64,000 nucleotides of DNA from Acidobacteriota bacterium. Lineage in GTDB: Bacteria > Acidobacteriota > Thermoanaerobaculia > Thermoanaerobaculales > Sulfomarinibacteraceae. The position numbers were made by a program, and so were the translations under genes. The stretch spans positions 3,068 to 67,067 of the forward strand of contig JASJGQ010000261.1 in the NCBI GenBank assembly GCA_033791425.1. The letters are read 5' to 3'. The first letter of the stretch is position 1. Each line of letters begins with the position of its first letter. This document shows, one piece after another, positions 37,813 through 49,200 of this stretch. The notes under the pieces are model-generated. The model worked only from the letters and a program-made list of their open reading frames with translations, was not told the origin of the DNA and searched no databases.

Positions 37813-39645
37813 ATGATGGAACTGAGAGAGGACATCGGGCCCCTTCGCCGACGCACGGTCGTGATTTTTTTACTCGTGTTCGCAGCCCTCGGTCTGATCC
37901 ACCTTCGACTGGTTCACCTGCAGTTGGTGCACGGCACCCAGTGGCGAAATCTCGCCGAGAACAACCGTCTCCGTCGGCTGCCCCTACCCGGCCCGCGCGG
38001 CTGGATCTACGACCGGCGCGGAGAGGTGTTGGCCGAGAACCTCCCGTCGTGGGAGCTCCTGTTGTTCCCTGACGAGGCGGTGAATCTCGATCAGACCGGG
38101 CTGTTTCTCGCTCGCGAAGGCATTGCTGAAACGACTACTTTCAGGGAGCTCCTCGCCGAACGCCGCACCGGCCGTCAGGCGCCGCTCGTCGTCGGTGAGA
38201 ATCTGACCTGGAACCAGGTCGCGGCAGTCCACTCGCATCAAGGCGACCACCCCGAGCTTTCGGTGGTCAGCCGATTCAGACGCCACTTTCCTTTCTCCGA
38301 ACTCACGGCCCACGCGGTCGGCCACCTCCGTCCGATCTCAAAAGCGCAGGTGGCGGAAAACCCCGACCTGGAACCCGACCTGATGGTCGGGGCCACCGGG
38401 ATCGAAGCACACAAAGAGGCCTTCCTCGCTGGTACGTCAGGGCAACGATGGATGATGGTTTCGGCGGTAGGGCGTCAGCTGGGCGTCGTGCGCGAAACCT
38501 TGCCGACGACCGGACACGACCTCGGATCCGCCCTCGATGTGAGGCTTCAGCAGGCAGCGGCTGCCGCGATGGGGGAGCGCGCCGGCGGTGTCGTCGCGCT
38601 GGATCCGCGAAACGGCGCCGTTCGGGTCCTCTACTCATCGCCAAGCTTCGATCCTGCCGTCTTCGGTGGTCGGCTCAGCCGAGCCGACTGGCAGACGCTG
38701 CAGGAAGACCCAGACCATCCATTACAGAACCGTTGCTTGCAGGGGGTGTATCCGCCGGGGTCGACCATCAAGCCGTTTCTCGCCCTCGGCGGCCTGAGCG
38801 AGGGCCTAATCGACGCCCATACAACGGTCTACTGCAACGGGTCGATCGTTCTGTACGGCCATCGCTTTCATTGTTGGCGGCGCGGCGGCCACGGATTCGT
38901 TGATCTCGAGCGCGCCCTCGCCGAGTCGTGCGATGTGTACTTCTATCTGCTCGGCCAACGCCTCGGCATCGAAGGTATCGCGCGGTGGCTGCAGCTCTTC
39001 GGCTTTGGCGAGAAAACCGGGCTCGACCCACAGTTCGAGTCCGCCGGATTGATCGGCACCCCGGAATGGAGCCGGCGGGTACGAAAGACTCCCTGGTACC
39101 CCGGCGAGGCGGTTTCCGTGTCCATCGGTCAGGGCCCACTCCTGGTGACGGTGGTTCAGCTCGCATCCGCGTTTGCGATGCTCGCGAACGGCGGCCATCC
39201 GGTCGTCCCAAATCTGGTGCCGGAAAATGCTGAAAGCCCCACACCGCCAGAAATCGACCCCAGCTACCTGCACCTGGTCAACGCGGCCCTCGCCGAGGTT
39301 GTCCACGGAGAGCGCGGCACGGCGCGCAGGTTGGGGGCACTGCCGATGGCCGGGAAAACCGGCACCGCCCAGGTTGCCCGTTTGCAGGAGGGGGTGGAGC
39401 CCGACGAGCTCGAATCGCACCTCCGCCACCATGCCTGGTTTGTCGGCTGGGCGCCGCTCGATGAGCCCGAGATCGTGGTCGCCGTCATTGTCGAACACGG
39501 TGGGGACGGCAGCAGAGCCGCCGCCCCTGTGGCAGGCCAGGTCGTCGAGGCCTACCTCAGTATAGGTCAGGACGAACCCGCGAACATCGAGGGCGAAGAT
39601 CAAGAGGTGACCTTCGAACCCGCGCCCTCCACCGGGGGCGGGTAG
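37813..39645 (+). CDS. mrdA: Penicillin-binding protein 2 (elongasome transpeptidase)
   Basis: Active-site motifs are present: YPPGSTIKP (SxxK), the SCDVYF region and GKTGTAQV (KTG). I trimmed to ATG 37813, directly after the mreD stop. Confidence 0.9.
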   Translation: MMELREDIGPLRRRTVVIFLLVFAALGLIHLRLVHLQLVHGTQWRNLAENNRLRRLPLPGPRGWIYDRRGEVLAENLPSWELLLFPDEAVNLDQTGLFLAREGIAETTTFRELLAERRTGRQAPLVVGENLTWNQVAAVHSHQGDHPELSVVSRFRRHFPFSELTAHAVGHLRPISKAQVAENPDLEPDLMVGATGIEAHKEAFLAGTSGQRWMMVSAVGRQLGVVRETLPTTGHDLGSALDVRLQQAAAAAMGERAGGVVALDPRNGAVRVLYSSPSFDPAVFGGRLSRADWQTLQEDPDHPLQNRCLQGVYPPGSTIKPFLALGGLSEGLIDAHTTVYCNGSIVLYGHRFHCWRRGGHGFVDLERALAESCDVYFYLLGQRLGIEGIARWLQLFGFGEKTGLDPQFESAGLIGTPEWSRRVRKTPWYPGEAVSVSIGQGPLLVTVVQLASAFAMLANGGHPVVPNLVPENAESPTPPEIDPSYLHLVNAALAEVVHGERGTARRLGALPMAGKTGTAQVARLQEGVEPDELESHLRHHAWFVGWAPLDEPEIVVAVIVEHGGDGSRAAAPVAGQVVEAYLSIGQDEPANIEGEDQEVTFEPAPSTGGG

Positions 39646-39654
39646 AATCAGTCT

Positions 39655-40731
39655 GTGGAACATCGTCTCGACCCCTGGCTGATCCTCGCCGTCGTCGGCC
39701 TGCTCGGGGCGTCCTTGCCGACCTTGCATTCAGTATCACGGGTTGTCGGCACCAATCTACTGCTCCGCCAAATGCTGTGGGGCGTCACCGGTCTGGTGAT
39801 CCTCTGGCTCATGTCACGGATCAGGCTCGACATCTACGAACGACTGGCCCCGGTGTTGTACGGTATCGGGCTTGCCGGCCTGGTTGCCGTTCTCGTGTTC
39901 GGGGTCGCCCGAGGCGGCAACCGGGCGTGGATTGCCCTGGGACCGATCACCGTCCAACCGAGCGAGTTCGCCCGGGTCAGTACCATTCTTCTCGCCGCCG
40001 CATGGATTGCACATCGCGGCGTGCGCAACCTCCGGCTCCATCAAGCCGCCGTCACCGCGGCTATCGTCGCCCTCCCGGTGATCCTCATCATCGTCGAACC
40101 CGATCTGGGTGTTGCTTTGACATATGTTCCGATCCTGGTGGCTGCACTGTGGCTCGGTGGTCTGCCGCGGTTCGTCTGGGTCGTTCTGATCGTGATAGCT
40201 CTCATCGGCGCCAATGTCACCTGGCGATACGTCCTGAAGCCTTATCAGAAGGAACGGGTGCGCACCGTTGTCGATCCGGAGCGAGACCCCTTTGGCGCGG
40301 GCTACCAGGTTCGCCAATCGAAGATAGCGGTTGGTTCCGGCGGCGTTTCCGGACACGGCCTTGGCCATGGAAGCCAGTCGCAGCTGCGGTTCCTGCCCGC
40401 TCAACACACGGACTTCGCCTTCGCCGTGTGGGCCGAGGCGACCGGCTTTGTGGGCACCACGCTTCTCCTGATGGCCTATGCGTTGTTGTTAGGGAGGATC
40501 GCAAATGTCGCGCTCACCACCGACAGCCGGTACGGAGCGGTCCTTGTCGTTTTGGTTGGTGCCTGGTTGACGTTCCAGGTGGTGGTCAATCTCGGCATGG
40601 TGCTGGGTTGGCTGCCCACCGCAGGCGTCACGTTGCCGTTGTTCTCGTATGGCGGCTCGTCGTTGATTTCCACGTGCGCCGCTCTTGGAGTCGTCCAGGC
40701 GGTGTGGCGTTATCGTCTGGTGAACCAGTAA
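39655..40731 (+). CDS. rodA: SEDS glycosyltransferase RodA
   Basis: It is a polytopic FtsW/RodA/SpoVE family protein with QPSEFA, HTDFAFAV and GVTLPLFSYGGSS. Confidence 0.9.
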   Translation: MEHRLDPWLILAVVGLLGASLPTLHSVSRVVGTNLLLRQMLWGVTGLVILWLMSRIRLDIYERLAPVLYGIGLAGLVAVLVFGVARGGNRAWIALGPITVQPSEFARVSTILLAAAWIAHRGVRNLRLHQAAVTAAIVALPVILIIVEPDLGVALTYVPILVAALWLGGLPRFVWVVLIVIALIGANVTWRYVLKPYQKERVRTVVDPERDPFGAGYQVRQSKIAVGSGGVSGHGLGHGSQSQLRFLPAQHTDFAFAVWAEATGFVGTTLLLMAYALLLGRIANVALTTDSRYGAVLVVLVGAWLTFQVVVNLGMVLGWLPTAGVTLPLFSYGGSSLISTCAALGVVQAVWRYRLVNQ

Positions 40732-42218
40732 TGAGTACGGTGCTTTGTTTGTCAGTCAACCCGTTTGAGACCCGGGTCGCGGTGCTGAAGAACTCCCGGC
40801 TGGTGTCGTACCGGGCCGAGCGGCACCGCATGTCATCGGTGGTCGGCAATCTCTACAAAGGCCGGGTCAATCGGGTGCTCCCCGGCATGCAGGCGGCCTT
40901 TGTCGATATCGGTCTTCACCGTAATGCCTTCCTCTATGTCCGCGAAGCCGGGGGGGTCCTCGACGACTTCACCGACATCTTCCTCGCCGACGAGGATGCC
41001 TCCCTGCAGCCGGACCCCTCGCACTCGGACATCTCCGATCTTCTTCGCCAGGGACAGGAAGCTCTCGTCCAGGTGGTCAAAGATCCCCTCGGCACCAAGG
41101 GCGCGCGTCTGACCACCCACATCAGCCTACCGGGGCGTTTCCTCGTGTATCTGCCGAATGTTCGCCAGATCGGTATTTCGCGCCGCATCACGGATGCCGA
41201 TGAACGAACCCGCCTCAAGGAGATGGTGGAGACCTTTGGCGACCCGGGGGGATGGATCGTGCGAACGGCCGGGGAGGACAAGGGTCTCTCCGAGCTCGAG
41301 GCCGACCGGCGCAACCTCCTCCAGTTCTGGGAGAGGATCCAGACACAGGTGGAAGGCGCCCGCGCGCCCTGCCTCATCCACCATGAGCTGAGCCCGGTCC
41401 TGCGGTCGGTCCGCGACATGTTCACCCAGGTTGTCTCTGAGGTATGGATCGACGACGAGGAAAGCTTCGAGGAGGTCCTGGGCTACTTCGAACAGACGGA
41501 TCCGCACCTCGTCGACCGCGTCAAGCTCTACCGGCAATCCACCGATCTGATGAGCTCGTTCGGGATCGACCGCGAACTGGAAAAGGCCCTGCGGCCCAAG
41601 GTGTGGCTCAAGTCGGGCGGGTATCTGGTGATCAACCAGACCGAGGCCCTGGTGACGATAGACGTCAACACCGGCAAGTTCGTCGGGCTCGAATCGCTCG
41701 AAGAAACCGTCTTTACCCTCAACCTGGAGGCCACCATTGAGATCGTCCGGCAGCTTCGCCTGCGCGACCTCGGCGGCATTATCGTCATCGACTTTATCGA
41801 TATGGAAGAGCCCGAACACCGGAACACCGTTTATGAAACCCTCACCGAGGAACTCTCCCATGATCCCGCTCGCACCCAAATTCTGCCGATGAGCGACATC
41901 GGGCTGGTTCAGCTGACCCGGAAGCGGACCCGGCCCAGCCTCGAACGGACCCTCAGCCGCGAGTGTCCCTACTGCCACGGGTCGGGACGCATCAAGGGCC
42001 TGGGCACGGTGTGTCTGGAAATCCGCCGCGAGCTCATCGCCGCTGCCGGTGGTGATGTGGACCAACAGTTCTCGCTAACGGTCCACCCGGCGGTGTCTCA
42101 CTATCTGCAGGGGCCGTTTCGTGATCTCATGCGCGAACTCGAGGACACCCACGGGCTGCGCATCATCCTGTGCGAAAACCTCCTCCTTCACGAGGAGCAG
42201 TTCGAAATCTCCGTCTGA
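40731..42218 (+). CDS. rng: Ribonuclease G/E family endoribonuclease
   Basis: It has an S1 domain (GNLYKGRVNRVLPGMQAAFVDIG) and the catalytic core (ALVTIDVNTGKF, GGIIVIDFIDM). The ATG overlaps the rodA stop (TAATG). Confidence 0.85.
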   Translation: MSTVLCLSVNPFETRVAVLKNSRLVSYRAERHRMSSVVGNLYKGRVNRVLPGMQAAFVDIGLHRNAFLYVREAGGVLDDFTDIFLADEDASLQPDPSHSDISDLLRQGQEALVQVVKDPLGTKGARLTTHISLPGRFLVYLPNVRQIGISRRITDADERTRLKEMVETFGDPGGWIVRTAGEDKGLSELEADRRNLLQFWERIQTQVEGARAPCLIHHELSPVLRSVRDMFTQVVSEVWIDDEESFEEVLGYFEQTDPHLVDRVKLYRQSTDLMSSFGIDRELEKALRPKVWLKSGGYLVINQTEALVTIDVNTGKFVGLESLEETVFTLNLEATIEIVRQLRLRDLGGIIVIDFIDMEEPEHRNTVYETLTEELSHDPARTQILPMSDIGLVQLTRKRTRPSLERTLSRECPYCHGSGRIKGLGTVCLEIRRELIAAAGGDVDQQFSLTVHPAVSHYLQGPFRDLMRELEDTHGLRIILCENLLLHEEQFEISV

Positions 42219-42231
42219 CGCACGGTGGACA

Positions 42232-43305
42232 TCACAATGATTCGTAAAGGGTTCGCCGCTGTCGCGGCGAGTAACCGGCGCCACGAATGGTGCGTTCCAT
42301 GTCGGTCTGGCTCATCCGAAACCGCGCTCCGGCTGCGGCAACCACATTCTCCTCGAGCATGATCGATCCGAGATCGTCGGCGCCGAACAAGAGCGACAGC
42401 TGCCCGATCTTTGCGCCTTGCGTCACCCACGAGCCCTGGACGTGATCGATGTTATCAAACGCCAGACGGGAGATCGCCAGCGTCCGTAGATAGTCGTATC
42501 CCCCGGATGTCGTGACCTCGCCCTCGAGATCGGTCGCCTCATCCTGGAAGGTCCACGGGATGAAGGCGGTGAAACCGCCGGTCTCGTCCTGCAGGTCCCG
42601 GACACCCAGAAAGTGTTCGACCCGGGCAGTTGTCGGTTCACCGACACCGAACATCATAGTGGCGGTGGTGCGCAGGCCCAGATCGTGCGCCGTACGGTGG
42701 ACATCGAGCCATTGTCGGGTGGAGGCCTTGGTGCGCGACCAGATCCGCCGGCGCGTGTCGTCCTCCAGAATTTCGGCCCCGCCTCCAGGAATCGACTCCA
42801 GACCAGAAGCCACGAGGCGGCTGATGACCTCTCGAACCGGCATCTTCTGGAGTTTGGCGAGATACCAGATCTCCGGCACCGAGAAGGCGTGGAGGTGGAT
42901 CTGCGGGAAGGTCCGCTTGAGGTCCGACAGCAGACTCTCGTAGTAGGTCAGCCGGAGCTCCGGGTGGACGCCGCCCTGGAGGAGAATCCCAGTTCCGCCG
43001 GCCGCCACAGTCTCCGCGACCTTGGCCGCGATCTCTTCAAACGGCAGCACGTAGGCGTCGCTGTCCTTGGCAGTTCTGTAGAAAGCGCAGAACCGGCACC
43101 GATAGATGCAAACATTGGTGTAGTTGATGTTGCGATCGACGATGTAGGAAGCGTCCTCACCGGGGTTCTTGCGCCGCCGCACCGACGCCGCCGCCTGCCC
43201 GAGTTCGAGCAATCCGCCGTCGTCGAACAAGGCCTGGACCTCGTCCCGCGAAAGACGTTCACCGGCAATCGATCTGTCGAGGATTGAATCGATAGAATAG
43301 CTCAT
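42232..43305 (-). CDS. Radical SAM enzyme of the futalosine menaquinone pathway (MqnC/MqnE family)
   Basis: NINYTNVCIYRCRFCAFYR (CxxxCxxC) is present, with ILLQGGVHPEL, HAFSVPEI and PGGGAEIL. I trimmed to ATG 43305. Confidence 0.8.
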   Translation of the reverse strand: MSYSIDSILDRSIAGERLSRDEVQALFDDGGLLELGQAAASVRRRKNPGEDASYIVDRNINYTNVCIYRCRFCAFYRTAKDSDAYVLPFEEIAAKVAETVAAGGTGILLQGGVHPELRLTYYESLLSDLKRTFPQIHLHAFSVPEIWYLAKLQKMPVREVISRLVASGLESIPGGGAEILEDDTRRRIWSRTKASTRQWLDVHRTAHDLGLRTTATMMFGVGEPTTARVEHFLGVRDLQDETGGFTAFIPWTFQDEATDLEGEVTTSGGYDYLRTLAISRLAFDNIDHVQGSWVTQGAKIGQLSLLFGADDLGSIMLEENVVAAAGARFRMSQTDMERTIRGAGYSPRQRRTLYESL

Positions 43306-43392
43306 CTTTGATTTCAACAAATTGAACAGTGCGTGCCTTCCCGGGTTTGGTTGATGAGGCTTGTGGGGTATGGCCGGTCGCTTCGCGATGCT

Positions 43393-43465
43393 GTGAGGCA
43401 ATGAGGCAACGGTGCTCATCGAAGTCGCGTCGCCGCCTCATGGCCTCACTGCCTCAAGCCCTCAG
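43393..43465. repeat. Short tandem repeats forming an imperfect 15-bp inverted repeat just 3' of rho
   Basis: TGAGGCAA occurs twice in tandem (43394..43409). It faces CCTCATGG CCTCACTG CCTCAAG CCCTCAG (43436..43465). GTGAGGCAATGAGGC pairs with GCCTCATGGCCTCAC at 14/15 positions. The last unit contains the rho stop codon. Confidence 0.75.
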
Positions 43466-44829
43466 CCCTGCGACATGGCCTCGAGGAACTCCTTGTTGTC
43501 TTCCGTCTTGGAAAGCCTTTCGAGGAGAAGCTCCATAGCCTCCACCGGCGACAGCGACGACAGGACCTTGCGCAGCACCCAGATGCGGCGGAGTTCCCAC
43601 TCGTCGATCAGAAGCTCTTCCTTCCGGGTACCGCTTTTGTGGATGTCGATGGATGGGAAGACCCGCCGTTCCACCAGCTTGCGATCGAGGTGAACCTCCA
43701 TGTTACCGGTCCCCTTGAACTCCTCGAAGATCACGTCGTCCATGCGCGAGCCCGTGTCGACCAGCGCGGTTCCGACGATCGTCAGGCTGCCGCCCTCCTC
43801 GATGTTGCGTGCGGCCCCGAAGAAGCGTTTCGGTTTCTGCAGAGCATTGGAGTCGACACCGCCCGACAGCACCTTGCCCGACGGTGGAACCACGGTGTTG
43901 TAGGCCCTCGCGAGTCGGGTGATCGAATCCAACAAAATCACGACGTCCCGCTTGTGCTCCACCAGCCTTTTGGCCTTCTCAATGACCATCTCCGCGACTT
44001 GAACATGGCGCGTGGCAGGCTCGTCGAAGGTCGAGGAAATCACCTCGCCGGTCACCGATCGCTCCATGTCCGTGACCTCTTCCGGGCGCTCGTCGATGAG
44101 CAGAACGATGAGTGCGACCTCGGGGTCGTTGGCCGTGATCGAATTTGCGATGGCTTGAAGCATCATCGTTTTGCCGGTGCGAGGCGGCGCCACGAGGAGC
44201 CCGCGCTGCCCCTTGCCGAGAGGCGTCACAAGATCCATGACCCGGGCGGTCATGTTGTCGGGCACCTCGAGCCGGATCCAGTCCTCTGGATACAGCGGTG
44301 TCAGATTGTCGAAATGGATCTTCTCCATGGCCACCTCTGGCGGCTCGAAGTTGATCGCCTCGACCTTGATCAGAGCAAAATAGCGTTCACCCTCTTTTGG
44401 TGGTCTGATCTGCCCCGAGACCGTATCTCCGGTGTGGAGGTTGAAGCGGCGGATCTGCGATGGCGACACGTAAATGTCGTCAGGCCCCGGGAGGTAGTTG
44501 TACTCGGGCGCCCGGAGGAAGCCGAAACCTTCCGGGAGGACCTCCAGTACGCCTTCACCAAAGATCAATCCTTCGGCCTCGGTCTGATGCTGCAGAATGC
44601 TGAAGATGACATCCTGGCGGCGCATTCCGGCCGGGTTCTCGACCCCGAGGCCTTTTGCGGCACCACCCAGCTGGCTGATGCTCATCTCCTTGAGCTGGTT
44701 GAGGTCGAGCCGCCCCTCGGGGAGATCGGACGCCACAGCCTCGGTCTCCTCGACCTCGTCGTCCTCGAGGTCGAGAGGGATCACCACCGCTTCTTCTGTT
44801 TCACTTTTTCTCTTCTTGGTTACCATCAT
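43462..44829 (-). CDS. rho: Transcription termination factor Rho
   Basis: The RNA-binding domain (GFGFLR), Walker A PPRTGKT and the Q/R loops are present. It also has an acidic N-terminal extension of about 40 aa. Confidence 0.95.
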   Translation of the reverse strand: MMVTKKRKSETEEAVVIPLDLEDDEVEETEAVASDLPEGRLDLNQLKEMSISQLGGAAKGLGVENPAGMRRQDVIFSILQHQTEAEGLIFGEGVLEVLPEGFGFLRAPEYNYLPGPDDIYVSPSQIRRFNLHTGDTVSGQIRPPKEGERYFALIKVEAINFEPPEVAMEKIHFDNLTPLYPEDWIRLEVPDNMTARVMDLVTPLGKGQRGLLVAPPRTGKTMMLQAIANSITANDPEVALIVLLIDERPEEVTDMERSVTGEVISSTFDEPATRHVQVAEMVIEKAKRLVEHKRDVVILLDSITRLARAYNTVVPPSGKVLSGGVDSNALQKPKRFFGAARNIEEGGSLTIVGTALVDTGSRMDDVIFEEFKGTGNMEVHLDRKLVERRVFPSIDIHKSGTRKEELLIDEWELRRIWVLRKVLSSLSPVEAMELLLERLSKTEDNKEFLEAMSQG

Positions 44830-45428
44830 TCACTCCGTTGACGTTCTCTCCACCGCGACACCAAGTCGTCGATACCAGTCAAAACCTCGCGTCGTCCCTC
44901 GCCGGTCCGCACGCTGACCGCCATCGGCGGCACGTGAAGGCCGAGTTCGCGTTGGACGGCCTGTTGCATTTTCGCGCGCTGTCCGCGGCCCACCTTGTCG
45001 GCCTTGGTCAAAACCACTTCCCGATCGCACCCAGAACCCACAAGGAGATCCTGCAGATCCCGGTCCCGCACCGTCAGTCCGTGGCGGATGTCCACCAATG
45101 CCACAACGCCGGCCAGGCGTTCCTCGGTGGCAATGTACTGCCCAAGGGCCTTGCCCCACTCTTCCCGGAGCTGTTTACCGACCTTGGCGTACCCGTAGCC
45201 AGGAAGATCCACGAGATAGAACGAGCGGTTGATAAGAAAGAAATTCAAGGTCCGGGTCTTCCCGGGCGCCTTGGCGACTCGCGCCAGCGACTGTCTGAAC
45301 AGCCAATTGAGAAGGCTCGATTTCCCGACGTTGGATCGGCCAGCTATCGCGACATGGGGAAACCATTCCCCCGGTCGGTCCTGCGGCCGAAGCGACGAGC
45401 CGCGAAATTCGACTTCCGTGATTTCCAA
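44826..45428 (-). CDS. engB: Ribosome biogenesis GTPase YihA/EngB
   Basis: G1 is [13 protein letters not shown]3 is DLPGYG and G4 is TKADK. Confidence 0.9.
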   Translation of the reverse strand: MEITEVEFRGSSLRPQDRPGEWFPHVAIAGRSNVGKSSLLNWLFRQSLARVAKAPGKTRTLNFFLINRSFYLVDLPGYGYAKVGKQLREEWGKALGQYIATEERLAGVVALVDIRHGLTVRDRDLQDLLVGSGCDREVVLTKADKVGRGQRAKMQQAVQRELGLHVPPMAVSVRTGEGRREVLTGIDDLVSRWRERQRSE

Positions 45429-45431
45429 GGA

Positions 45432-47831
45432 TCAATGAGCCACCGGAGGCACGTCGAGCCGTGCTTCCGAGCCGCCGGTCGGCGCGGCAACATCGGCGTC
45501 CTTTGCACCTACAAGAGCGTGTGCCAAAACCTCGTCCATGTGATCGACGAAGTGGAAGGTCATTTCTTCGCGGACATCTTCGAGAATGTCCTCGAGGTCT
45601 TTTTCATTTTCAGCCGGCATCACCACTTCACGAATCCCGGCGCGATAGGCGGCAAGGATCTTCTCCTTCAAACCACCCACCGGCAACACATGGCCACGCA
45701 GGGTGATTTCGCCCGTCATCGCGAGATCCACGCGGACCGGGGTGTCGGTGAATGCCGACACCAACGCAGTGGCGAGCGTGATGCCGGCGGAGGGACCATC
45801 CTTCGGTATCGCTCCCTCAGGAACATGAACGTGCACGTCCGTCTTTCCAAAGACCTCGATGTCGATGCCGAGCAACTCCGCCCGTGCGCGAACAAAGGAC
45901 AGCGCCGCGTGAGCCGATTCCTGCATGACGTCACCCAGTTGACCCGTGAGGGTCAGTAGTCCCTTGCCGCGCATGAGGGTCGCTTCGGTCAACAATAGTT
46001 CACCGCCCACTTGAGTCCACGCGAGACCCGCCGCTGCGCCGACCTCGGGATCCTGTTCCCGGCGTTGAGTCCGGTAGCGAGGTTTCCCGAGGAGGTCGCC
46101 GATGGAATCCACCGTCACTTCGATGGTGGCGCCCTTTTTGAGTTTCTCTTTGAGAATCCGACGGGCCAACTTGCGGCACACCGACGCGATTTCACGTTCG
46201 AGGTTCCGAACTCCGGCCTCGCGAGTGTAGCCCTCGATCAGCAGCATGAGCGCCTCGTCGTCGACGGTGAGGCCGTACTTGCCCATGCCGTGCTTTTCGA
46301 TCTGCCGGGGCAACAGAAAGAGCCGTCCGATCTCCATCTTCTCCTGGTGCGTATAGCCCGACAGCTGAATGACCTCCATCCGATCGAGCAGGGCCGGTGG
46401 GATGGAATGCGTGACGTTGGCCGTACAGATAAAAAACACTTTCGACAGGTCGTACTCAACGTCGAGGTAGTGATCGTGAAAGGTGTGGTTCTGCTCGGGA
46501 TCGAGGACCTCGAGCAGCGCACCCGCGGGGTCGCCGCGGAAATCCGCGGCCATCTTGTCGACCTCGTCGAGGAGCAGCACCGGGTTGACCGTTGCCGCCT
46601 TGCGCATCATCTGGACAATCTGACCGGGGAAGGCGCCGATATAGGTTCGGCGATGGCCCCTGATCTCGGCTTCGTCGCGAACCCCGCCCAGTGACAGACG
46701 GACGAAGTTGCGCCCGGTTGATCTCGCAATCGACCGCGCCAACGATGTCTTACCGGTGCCGGGGGGCCCGACAAAACACAGGATAGTACCCGTTGTCTTG
46801 CGCACGAGCTGGCGAACCGCGAGAAATTCGAGGATCCGGTCCTTGATCTTCTCCAGACCATAGTGGTCTTCGTGGAGAACTTTTTCGGCGCGGGCGATAT
46901 CGCGGATCTCACGCGACGCCTTGCGCCACGGCACCGCGAGCAGCCAATCCACATAGTTCCGCGAGACCCCGGCTTCGGCAGAGACTGGCGGCATGCCCTC
47001 GAGGCGCCGCAGTTCGATCTCCGCTTTTTCCTTGGCCTCGGTGCTCATACCGGACTCTTCCAGCTGCTTCTTGAGTTCTTCGAGTTCTTCGGTGTTGTCG
47101 TTGCGGCCCAACTCTTCGTTGATGGCCTTGATCTTCTCCGAAAGGTAGTACTCGCGCTGCGCCTTCTCCATCTGCTTTTTGACGCGTGACGAGATGCGGC
47201 GATCGATATTGAGCTTTTCGATCTCCATGTCGAGAAGATCGTTGAGCCGTTGCATGCGATCGAGAGGGCTGAGAATCTCGAGGAGCTGTTGCTTCTCGAG
47301 GGTCGGTTGGGACATGTGGGCAGCGAGAATGTCAGCGAACTGGTCCGGATCGTCGGTCTGCAGCGACGCGAGAACGCCCTCGGCCGACAGGTGGTGTGAC
47401 AGCTTCGCATATTCCTTGAACAGCTCGACGAGCCGCGCCATGTAGTCGACAACGCCCTCGTCAACCGGGGTCTGAACCCGTAGTTTCTCGACCTCGGCCA
47501 TGACGCATCCTTCGCCGTCGTCGAAGGAAAGAACCTGGGCCCGACTCAGGCCCTCCACCATCACCTTGATATTGCCGGAGGCCAACTGCAGGTGTTGAAC
47601 GACGCGAGCCACGACGCCGAGCGTGTAGACATCGGCCGCTCCGGGCTCGTCGACCTTGGGGTCTTTCTGGGTCGCCAGGAAGATGCGCTTGTCGGTGCGC
47701 GCCAGGGCGGTTTCGAGAGCAACCACCGAGGGCCGGCGGCCGACCACGAAGGGCGCCATCATGTGGGGGTAGACCACCATGTCCCGTAGCGGGACGACAG
47801 GTAGGTGCATGGTTGTGGGTTGTGATGTCAT
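45432..47831 (-). CDS. lon: ATP-dependent protease Lon
   Basis: The LON N-domain is present, with AAA+ Walker [10 protein letters not shown] and the protease Ser motif [10 protein letters not shown]. Confidence 0.97.
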   Translation of the reverse strand: MTSQPTTMHLPVVPLRDMVVYPHMMAPFVVGRRPSVVALETALARTDKRIFLATQKDPKVDEPGAADVYTLGVVARVVQHLQLASGNIKVMVEGLSRAQVLSFDDGEGCVMAEVEKLRVQTPVDEGVVDYMARLVELFKEYAKLSHHLSAEGVLASLQTDDPDQFADILAAHMSQPTLEKQQLLEILSPLDRMQRLNDLLDMEIEKLNIDRRISSRVKKQMEKAQREYYLSEKIKAINEELGRNDNTEELEELKKQLEESGMSTEAKEKAEIELRRLEGMPPVSAEAGVSRNYVDWLLAVPWRKASREIRDIARAEKVLHEDHYGLEKIKDRILEFLAVRQLVRKTTGTILCFVGPPGTGKTSLARSIARSTGRNFVRLSLGGVRDEAEIRGHRRTYIGAFPGQIVQMMRKAATVNPVLLLDEVDKMAADFRGDPAGALLEVLDPEQNHTFHDHYLDVEYDLSKVFFICTANVTHSIPPALLDRMEVIQLSGYTHQEKMEIGRLFLLPRQIEKHGMGKYGLTVDDEALMLLIEGYTREAGVRNLEREIASVCRKLARRILKEKLKKGATIEVTVDSIGDLLGKPRYRTQRREQDPEVGAAAGLAWTQVGGELLLTEATLMRGKGLLTLTGQLGDVMQESAHAALSFVRARAELLGIDIEVFGKTDVHVHVPEGAIPKDGPSAGITLATALVSAFTDTPVRVDLAMTGEITLRGHVLPVGGLKEKILAAYRAGIREVVMPAENEKDLEDILEDVREEMTFHFVDHMDEVLAHALVGAKDADVAAPTGGSEARLDVPPVAH

Positions 47832-47904
47832 GTGTGGGCTCTTTGTAAGGTGCGGGTTATTGTCGCGTTACGGGGCCGGTCCACCCGACCACCGCAGAAG
47901 GATT

Positions 47905-49140
47905 CTAGCTGACCTTGCGTACGACGGGCAGGGGCGGCACGCGACGTTCCACCACATCCCGCGAAATCACCAACTCTTTGAGTTCGGGCAGAGAGGGAAT
48001 CTGATACATGATGTCGAGCATCAGCTCCTCGAGAATGATCCGCAAACCACGGGCGCCGACCTTGCGTGTAAAAGCTTCTTCCGCCACTGCGCTCAGCGCG
48101 TCCGGGGTGAAGGACAAATCGACCCCCTCGAACGAGAGGACGGTCTGGTACTGGCGCACGAGGCAGTTTTTGGGTTCGGTAAGAATTCTCACCAACGCCT
48201 CGTGGTCGAGTTCGTGGAGGTTGGCAACCACCGGAATCCGACCGACGAACTCCGGGATCATCCCGTATCGGATCAGGTCTTCTGGGTGCACCTGATCAAA
48301 AAGGACGGCGGCCTCGGGATCGTTGCCGCCGAGATCGACGCCAAAGCCGAGTCGTTTCTGGTTGAGGCGATCGGCGATCACGTCGTCGAGACCGACAAAA
48401 GCACCGCCGCAGATAAAGAGAATGTTGGTCGTGTCAATCTGGAGGAATTCCTGGTGCGGATGTTTGCGGCCGCCCTGCGGCGGCACGTTGGCTACCGTGC
48501 CCTCGAGGATCTTCAGAAGGGCCTGCTGAACACCCTCGCCGGACACGTCGCGGGTGATCGATGGGTTTTCGGCCTTGCGCGCCACCTTGTCGATCTCATC
48601 CACATAGACGATGCCCCGTTCGGCCGCTTCGCGGTCGCCCTCGGCCGCCTGATAGAGACGGAGCAGGATGTTCTCGACATCTTCGCCCACGTATCCAGCC
48701 TCGGTCAAAGTGGTCGCGTCGACGATGGTAAATGGGACCTGGAGCTGTCGCGCCAGGGTCTGGGCGAGCAGCGTCTTGCCGGTCCCGGTCGGGCCGATAA
48801 GGAGGATGTTCGATTTCGAGAGCTCGACATCGTTGCGGCCGCGGTCCGTCTGATACTCGATGCGACGATAGTGGTTGTAAACGGCTACCGAGAGTTTCTT
48901 CTTGGCCGCCTCCTGGCCGATCACATACTCTTCGAGGTGGTTTTTGATTTCGTGTGGTTTCGGCAGGATCTGATCCCGCGCCTTGGCCTCGTGGACGCGG
49001 TCTTCAGCAATGATGTCGAGGCAGACTTCGACACACTCATTGCAGATGTACACCGTCGGGCCGGCGATCAGCTTGCGCACCTCGTGCTGGCTCTTGCCGC
49101 AAAAGCTGCAGCGCAGCATGTCACCGTCGCGCTGGGACAT
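47905..49140 (-). CDS. clpX: ATP-dependent Clp protease ATP-binding subunit ClpX
   Basis: The zinc ribbon is CSFCGK...CNEC, Walker A is GPTGTGKT and the IGF-like loop region is present. Confidence 0.97.
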   Translation of the reverse strand: MSQRDGDMLRCSFCGKSQHEVRKLIAGPTVYICNECVEVCLDIIAEDRVHEAKARDQILPKPHEIKNHLEEYVIGQEAAKKKLSVAVYNHYRRIEYQTDRGRNDVELSKSNILLIGPTGTGKTLLAQTLARQLQVPFTIVDATTLTEAGYVGEDVENILLRLYQAAEGDREAAERGIVYVDEIDKVARKAENPSITRDVSGEGVQQALLKILEGTVANVPPQGGRKHPHQEFLQIDTTNILFICGGAFVGLDDVIADRLNQKRLGFGVDLGGNDPEAAVLFDQVHPEDLIRYGMIPEFVGRIPVVANLHELDHEALVRILTEPKNCLVRQYQTVLSFEGVDLSFTPDALSAVAEEAFTRKVGARGLRIILEELMLDIMYQIPSLPELKELVISRDVVERRVPPLPVVRKVS

Positions 49141-49200
49141 CAGATCCTCCTCTCCTCATTGTATATCAATTGCCCTTTTACAGAAAGCGTCGACAAAAGG

